Made by a program: the position numbers and the translations under genes. From the IMG/VR virus record IMGVR_UViG_3300036846_001501: a stretch of DNA of 20,000 nt; one strand, given 5' to 3'. How positions within the stretch are numbered: position 1 is the first letter of the stretch; every line of letters starts with the position of its first letter. The stretch is from an uncultured virus (IMG/VR IMGVR_UViG_3300036846_001501) (lineage: Duplodnaviria; Heunggongvirae; Uroviricota; Caudoviricetes). Below, piece after piece: positions 15,063-20,000 of the stretch. The notes below the pieces were generated by a model, which was not told where the DNA came from, made no database searches, and worked only from the letters and a program-made list of their open reading frames with translations.

Positions 15063-17051
15063 CTACCGCGCCGGACAGGCCCCCGTGGCGCACTCGGACT
15101 GCGCCGTGTCCACCTCGAAGATCCCCTGCTCCTCGACGCTCTCGATGTCGACGGGCCGGAGCCGGGAGGCGTATGCCTCGTATTCTTCGCGGCCCACGGC
15201 CCGCTGCGGCAGGTAGACGAAGTTGAGCTGCTCGGCCGTGAGCGTCGGGTTGTCGCGGTACAGGAACGCGCACGCGACGTAGTCGTCCCAGTGCATCAGG
15301 AAGGCATCGATGATCGCGCGGACCTCGCCCGGCTCATAGCTGATCGTGATCGACGTGTTCTGCTCGACGTAGGCCCTGTTCAGCATCCGGTAGCGGGCGA
15401 ACTGGTCGACGGCCGCCTCGCGGTCGACCTCGAAGCCATTCCAGGAGTCGAAGGTGACGTCGGGGTAGCAGATGGGGAGCACGATCAGGCAGGCGGCTTT
15501 GTCGGTGGGGTGGTCGCTGATCCGGTAGTTGGCGTCGAAGAGGACCCGCACCTGGGGGTCGTACTTGGAGAACGAGACCGTGTTGAAAATGTACTTCCCC
15601 TTCGGCTTGTGCGCGCCCTCGGTGGTATCGAAGAGTGCCTTGGATAGCGTCCCCGAGGGCTTGATGCAGGTCACGTTCTTGGGCCGCTCCAGGCACAGCT
15701 CGTCGGCCATGGTATAGGCTGCGGCGACCGCCGCGTTCTTGAGCTGGCGGTAGTCGAACGGGGTGAGATCGGGGCGGCGGACGATGCCGGTCAGACCGAC
15801 GCCGCAGAGGTGGAGATACTCATTCTGCTGGTGCCAGGCGTCCTGGAGCACACCGTCGCGGAGATTGACGCAGGTCTGCCGGTAGTTGGCCCGCGCGATC
15901 AGCTCCATCGCCCGCCGCAGGCCGGGGTCGTCGCCCCGGAAGGCAGAGACGTCGACCTCCACAAGGTTGCAGAATCCCTTATCTGCTAAGATGATCTCCC
16001 CACACGGATTCAAGCCTGAAAACCAGGGCGCGCGTGCCATCGCTTGCGCGCCATTGATGATCCCGGGCTCGGCGCCGCCGTTCTCCTCGATCAGCTCGAA
16101 CAGTTCCTTGAGCTGGCGTCGGGTCGGACGGGTATAGAACACGAGGCTGTTGTTGGACTGCCCCCGGAACCAATGCTCGCCCTTGTCGAACCCCTTGTAC
16201 TTGCGGGTCGCGAACTCCCGCCACTCGGGATCGCCGTAGTCGAGAATCGCCATCTGGGCGCTGCGGCGGTTCGAGAGCACCGTGCCCAGCCAGTTGACGA
16301 TGTCGATGATCTCGTTCTTGGAGAGGAGCTTACCGACGCGGGCGTTCAGGATGCCGGCGACGGCGGCCAGGGCCTGCGCCAGCGTCTCGTCGCCAGTGCA
16401 GATCCAGCCATAGCCCTTCAGTCGGGTGCCCGGGGCCCGGATCGGCGAGAGGTCGAGGACCAGGCGGCGGGCAGGGAACTTGCCGGCCAGGAGCTTGCCG
16501 ACGGACTTGGCCCATGCCTCGGCGCTGTCGCCCACGGTGATCGTCCAGGTGGCGGTCTCCTGGTCGTAGCACTCGGTGTTCTGCTCGGGCCCGCCCCGGC
16601 CGGTGCGGGTGGAGCGGATCAACTCGATCTGCATCCGCCGGGTGAACCCCGAGAGCGCGCCCGAGACGGGACGGAAGCCGACGCCGCACCCCTGGAGTAA
16701 CAGCCAGAAGGCGTCGACGACGTCGTGGCAGGTGCGGACGTCGAGGAAGGAACAATTGAATGAAGACGCTTCCCGGCGCTTGACTAGCTCGGTGCCGCCT
16801 AGCCAGAGCGTCCTGCCGGCGGTGCTGACCTTGCGCCGAAGCATCAGGTCGTGCAGCTCCAGCAGCTCCTGCTCCTGTACTGGCGCCAGCGGGCCGGCAG
16901 CGCGCTCCCAGAGCCAGCGCTGATGGTCGATCCCCCGGGCGATAGTTTCGCCGAACGTCTCGAACTGCGTCCCCTCGTCGTTCAGGGGACGGTTGTACGT
17001 TCGCCGGAAGAGGATCGCGGCGCGGGCCGACGGGCTCGAATGCAGGGTCAT
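15063..17051 (-). CDS. nrdJ: Class II (adenosylcobalamin-dependent) monomeric ribonucleotide reductase
   Basis: RRTYNRP, AGRTLW, SSFNC, GCGVGF, NPCGEI (thiyl-radical Cys), FCNL, TCIKPSGT and a C-terminal redox pair ECATGACP. GGAG SD before ATG 17051. Confidence 0.93.
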   Translation of the reverse strand: MTLHSSPSARAAILFRRTYNRPLNDEGTQFETFGETIARGIDHQRWLWERAAGPLAPVQEQELLELHDLMLRRKVSTAGRTLWLGGTELVKRREASSFNCSFLDVRTCHDVVDAFWLLLQGCGVGFRPVSGALSGFTRRMQIELIRSTRTGRGGPEQNTECYDQETATWTITVGDSAEAWAKSVGKLLAGKFPARRLVLDLSPIRAPGTRLKGYGWICTGDETLAQALAAVAGILNARVGKLLSKNEIIDIVNWLGTVLSNRRSAQMAILDYGDPEWREFATRKYKGFDKGEHWFRGQSNNSLVFYTRPTRRQLKELFELIEENGGAEPGIINGAQAMARAPWFSGLNPCGEIILADKGFCNLVEVDVSAFRGDDPGLRRAMELIARANYRQTCVNLRDGVLQDAWHQQNEYLHLCGVGLTGIVRRPDLTPFDYRQLKNAAVAAAYTMADELCLERPKNVTCIKPSGTLSKALFDTTEGAHKPKGKYIFNTVSFSKYDPQVRVLFDANYRISDHPTDKAACLIVLPICYPDVTFDSWNGFEVDREAAVDQFARYRMLNRAYVEQNTSITISYEPGEVRAIIDAFLMHWDDYVACAFLYRDNPTLTAEQLNFVYLPQRAVGREEYEAYASRLRPVDIESVEEQGIFEVDTAQSECATGACPAR

Positions 17052-17165
17052 GGATGGCTCCGTCCTGGAGCGGCGCGGACGGCGATCGGCCGGTCCGCAC
17101 GCTGCGTCCCGCTCCGTCACCCCCCTCAAAGCAGGCCGGTCTGGCTGCCCGCCGATGCGCCATCC

Positions 17166-17966
17166 TCACGCGCATTCCGGAGTCGAACAAGGCCGTTCAC
17201 CGGCCGGTTTCTTTCGCCGTTTCGGTTCCCTCGGCAGGAGCCGATGGACCACGGTCCGATAGTCGCCGGCGGGATTGCAATCGTAGATCGAAACCTCGTT
17301 GCCCTCGTGGTCGCAGGGCTTCTTGAGGTCGCGGATGGCGCGGGCCGCGGTGCCCGCCAGGTCGTCGGCGTAGGAGTTCAGGGCCGAGTGCAGTCGCTCC
17401 GCCCAGTGGAACCGGATCTCCAGGCCCTGCCGCTCGAACTGGGCGATCGCGGCCCAGAGCGGACCGGCGGCCTTGACCTGCGCCAGGGTCTTCTGGCGAC
17501 CCATGAGACTGTTGCCCGCGGTGGCCACCGCGTCCGAGTCGGTGATGATGTGGATCTTGACCAGGCCCGGCCGTTCCGCGGGTGGCTGACGGGCGACAGT
17601 TTCGACGATGAAGCCGATCGCGTGAAAAAAGGCGAGTATTTCCGCGTGGTAGACGGAACCGCTGCCGGCGGAGGCGGCGCCCCAGAATGCCTTCCGCCGG
17701 CCGGTCTTGCGCTCGCAGACGACGCAGGCCCAGCCCATGGGCGTCGACCAACCCGAGCCCGAACCGTCGCCGAAGATCAGGAAGTCGCCGTCATCCGGAG
17801 GGATCCCCAGACCGGCCGCCAGGCGGTCGATCGAGCCGATGTCCGTCGTCGTCAGGACTTCCATCGGATACAGCCGCGGCGGCTGCGGGCTCGAGCGACG
17901 CTGAGTGGGTGCCGGGCGGTCCTTCTGGTGCCGCCCGTCGGGTGCGTTGGTTCTGCGCTTCGACAT
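17166..17966 (-). CDS. rnhA: Ribonuclease HI-like protein (start 17966 or 17864)
   Basis: IFGDGS...GWA, AEILA, IITDSD and HW...NSYADDLA give the D-E-D-D catalytic set of RNase HI. Confidence 0.8.
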   Translation of the reverse strand: MSKRRTNAPDGRHQKDRPAPTQRRSSPQPPRLYPMEVLTTTDIGSIDRLAAGLGIPPDDGDFLIFGDGSGSGWSTPMGWACVVCERKTGRRKAFWGAASAGSGSVYHAEILAFFHAIGFIVETVARQPPAERPGLVKIHIITDSDAVATAGNSLMGRQKTLAQVKAAGPLWAAIAQFERQGLEIRFHWAERLHSALNSYADDLAGTAARAIRDLKKPCDHEGNEVSIYDCNPAGDYRTVVHRLLPREPKRRKKPAGERPCSTPECA

Positions 17967-18306
17967 GAGAAGCCCTCGCGAGCCGAGATGCCAGCTCCCG
18001 CACCGCGGCGACGCCCTCGGAACCCTTCTCCGAGAGCCAGCCCTGGAACCTGTGCGTGGCCTGCTGGAGCCGCAGGAGCTGATCGGGATTGACCACCGGG
18101 CCGTCGGCGCCGACCAGGGTAGCAACCGGGATGCCGTCGGCCTCGGGATAGCGCCAGAGGCAGACGACGGCCACGGCCTCCAGCTCGGGCACCTGGATGC
18201 AGGCCCGGCGGGCTGCCTCCTGCATGATCGCGAACGTCTGCCGGTCGAACCGCTCGCGGCGGGCCTCGGCGTCATCGAATCCCGCGGGTGAGGATACCTT
18301 GTCCAT
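17791..18306 (-). CDS. Hypothetical protein (171 aa), 3' end overlapping rnhA
   Basis: Protein-like N-terminal ~115 aa (VPELEAVAVVCLW). The C-terminal tail is read in a different frame of rnhA. Confidence 0.65.
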   Translation of the reverse strand: MDKVSSPAGFDDAEARRERFDRQTFAIMQEAARRACIQVPELEAVAVVCLWRYPEADGIPVATLVGADGPVVNPDQLLRLQQATHRFQGWLSEKGSEGVAAVRELASRLARASHVEAQNQRTRRAAPEGPPGTHSASLEPAAAAAVSDGSPDDDGHRLDRPPGGRSGDPSG

Positions 18307-18310
18307 CGGT

Positions 18311-18326
18311 GAATTACCGGTAATTG
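18311..18326. promoter_or_regulatory. Palindromic motif copy 3 (perfect 14-bp AATTACCGGTAATT)
   Basis: Fills most of the 22-bp gap between 18329..18664 and the ATG at 18306. Confidence 0.6.
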
Positions 18327-18328
18327 AC

Positions 18329-18664
18329 CTAGTACCGGAGATCCTCGGGGAGCAGGACGTTCAAGAGCCAGGATAGCCGCGTTGCGGCCAGCGCGTACAC
18401 CGGGAGTTGCCAGAATGGCGACCAGCGGGGCCAGCAGGCGGCGGCCGCCAGCAGCAGAGCCGGCACGAGGGGCGCCCAGTAGGAAAGGCAGAAGGCGCAG
18501 TCCAGCAGCGCCGCCCAGAGCAGGCGGCGGCTGCCGGACCGATCGTGTTCGCCGGCCAGCACCTCGACCTTCGCCCTGGCCGTGGCGAAGATCGAGCCGT
18601 GTCTCCAGCCCGCGACGATCGCGGAGGTGGCCAGTCCCAGTGCGATCAGGTCGAGCAGTTTCAT
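18329..18664 (-). CDS. DUF1360-like small membrane protein
   Basis: Hydrophobic segments with GSIFATAR and LLDCAFCLSYW, resembling the CxxCxSxW motif of DUF1360. Confidence 0.6.
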   Translation of the reverse strand: MKLLDLIALGLATSAIVAGWRHGSIFATARAKVEVLAGEHDRSGSRRLLWAALLDCAFCLSYWAPLVPALLLAAAACWPRWSPFWQLPVYALAATRLSWLLNVLLPEDLRY

Positions 18665-18716
18665 CCGGGCGAGCCTCCGTGCCCGCGCCGCGGTCTGGTG
18701 CGGCGACCGGCCCCGT

Positions 18717-18899
18717 CTAGGGTTGGTTCGTGTTCTGGCTCAGGCCCTCGCCGTACGCTATGAGCGCTGAGCCCACGACGTAGACGACGAAGAAACTCAG
18801 GGGGCTCCCCCCCGCCATCCACCACAGCCCATAGGATAGGGCCAAGACCGTACAATACTGGAGCACCCAGCGTTCATGCTTGTTGGTGCTGCGACTCAC
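18717..18899 (-). CDS. Small two-TM membrane protein (60 aa)
   Basis: GGAG SD; GTG 18899 overlaps the upstream TGA. Two hydrophobic stretches. Confidence 0.55.
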   Translation of the reverse strand: MSRSTNKHERWVLQYCTVLALSYGLWWMAGGSPLSFFVVYVVGSALIAYGEGLSQNTNQP

Positions 18900-19132
18900 T
18901 GAGGACTCTCCCCGTCCAGCCCGTGGGGCCAGACGTCGGACAGGCCCCGGTCGGGGGGCGGCTCCCCTTGCTCGGGGAGCAGGTAGACGGGACGCGGCAG
19001 GGGCGGCGCAACCGGCACGGCCCGGGCCAGGTTCAGGCCCGGCGCCAGCCGGCCGCCCGGTCCACGCCGGGTGTCGGCCAGTCCCGCTCGTTCGAGATAC
19101 CACACCGAACCACGCGAGATTGGCCACGACAT
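18896..19132 (-). CDS. Hypothetical protein (78 aa)
   Basis: GGAGG SD before ATG 19132 (MSWPISRGSVWYLER...). Confidence 0.55.
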   Translation of the reverse strand: MSWPISRGSVWYLERAGLADTRRGPGGRLAPGLNLARAVPVAPPLPRPVYLLPEQGEPPPDRGLSDVWPHGLDGESPQ

Positions 19133-19271
19133 GGCGTCTGTCCCTCCACCGTCAAGTTCCGGTCCACCCCAGCACGCAGCGGGCCGACTGATCAATCGCG
19201 GCTCGCCCGTGCACCCTGCGACCGGTAATCTGGTCATAGAGGCACGCCTCTCGCACGGGCGGACCCCGTGC

Positions 19272-19280
19272 ATCATACCA
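19272..19280 (-). promoter_or_regulatory. Candidate extended -10 promoter for the leftward block
   Basis: TGGTATGAT (TGn-TATGAT) on the minus strand, in the divergent gap before the terminase. Confidence 0.4.
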
Positions 19281-19281
19281 C

Positions 19282-19293
19282 CCCAGGGATGGG
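19282..19293 (+). promoter_or_regulatory. Putative CsrA-binding hairpin over the terminase RBS
   Basis: CCC-AGGGAT-GGG: an ARGGAU hexaloop on a 3-bp stem, ending 6 nt before ATG 19300. Confidence 0.4.
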
Positions 19294-19299
19294 CCCATC

Positions 19300-20000
19300 A
19301 TGGTTGCCGTCTCCCAGCTCGCACATCGCGAGGCCAGCGAGCGCCGCTGGCTCGATGAGATCACCCAGCAGGCGAAGGACGGCCGTCCGGTCTCGGACAA
19401 CGATCGCGTCTACGCCTTCCGCAAGTTCGCCGAGGCCGGCTGTCTGCCGACCCTGGAACCGATCCTGCCGTTGATCCTGAACCTGAAGGGGAAGCCCTAC
19501 AGCCTCACGAACCATCTTCAGTTCAGCCCCTGCTTCCGCACCCGGATGCCCACCAACCAGGTGTGGAAGACGGGCCGCCAGGTCTCGAAGTCGACCTCGC
19601 TGGCGGCCTCGGGCGTGGTCACGACCAACGCCCTGCCGTTCTTCACAACCCTCTACGTGACGCCCCTGTTCGAGCAGATCAGGCGGTTCAGCACCAACTA
19701 TGTGCGGCCGTTCATCGACCTGTCTCCCGTCAAGGCCCTCTGGTCCGACACCACGACCGAGAACTCGGTCCTCCAGCGGTCGTTCAAGAACCAGTCGAAG
19801 ATGATCTTCTCGTTCGCGTTCCTGGACGCGGACCGGATCCGCGGCATCACCGCCGACAGAATCTGCTATGACGAAGTTCAAGACATGAACCGGGATTTCA
19901 TCCCGATCATCGTCGAGACCATGAGCCATTCGGATTATGGTGTAAGTTTGTTCACTGGCACGCCGAAGACGCTCGATGGCACGCTCCAGGGTCTCTGGGA
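19300..20000 (+). CDS. terL: Phage terminase large subunit, N-terminal ATPase domain, truncated by the window end
   Basis: Not in the ORF track. Manual translation: MVAVSQLAHRE..., Walker A-like WKTGRQVSKST, LYVTP..EQ, RIRGITAD, Walker B ICYDEVQD, motif III FTGTPKT. Confidence 0.9.
   Translation, partial: MVAVSQLAHREASERRWLDEITQQAKDGRPVSDNDRVYAFRKFAEAGCLPTLEPILPLILNLKGKPYSLTNHLQFSPCFRTRMPTNQVWKTGRQVSKSTSLAASGVVTTNALPFFTTLYVTPLFEQIRRFSTNYVRPFIDLSPVKALWSDTTTENSVLQRSFKNQSKMIFSFAFLDADRIRGITADRICYDEVQDMNRDFIPIIVETMSHSDYGVSLFTGTPKTLDGTLQGLW

Noticed and set aside
16851..18092. 413-aa plus-strand ORF
   Set aside because: Antisense to nrdJ and rnhA; no motifs.
19273..19929. 218-aa minus-strand ORF
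   Set aside because: Antisense shadow of the terminase gene.
1..20000. tRNA/rRNA genes, IS elements, integrase, alternative genetic code
   Set aside because: None recognised by eye. TAA, TAG and TGA all end genes and the conserved genes are uninterrupted. A tRNAscan/Infernal run is needed to exclude small RNAs.

Overview
High-GC, densely packed segment that reads as part of a tailed phage (or prophage) genome. About 19 kb is an almost continuous minus-strand gene block. It holds a Rad50/SbcC-Mre11/SbcD pair split by an unknown Zn-ribbon gene, two glycosyltransferase-like genes, many small hypothetical genes (several with Cys motifs), a possible degenerate HUH/Rep-like gene beside an AT-rich repeat cluster, a Pro/Gly/Trp repeat protein, a monomeric class II ribonucleotide reductase (nrdJ), RNase HI and small membrane proteins. 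Three short genes sit on the plus strand inside this block: csrA, a sulfotransferase-like gene and a 67-aa hypothetical. A terminase large subunit starts divergently at 19300 and runs off the window. Most notable: (i) a phage-borne CsrA with consensus-like CsrA sites over its own start and over the terminase ribosome-binding region; (ii) a palindromic motif AATTA-N4-TAATT found three times at gene junctions; (iii) a GT-GT/sulfotransferase module whose divergent start codons are only 12 bp apart; (iv) the Rep-like ORF plus iteron-like repeats; (v) the self-contained repeat-protein gene. All product calls come from motif recognition by eye; no database searches were run.
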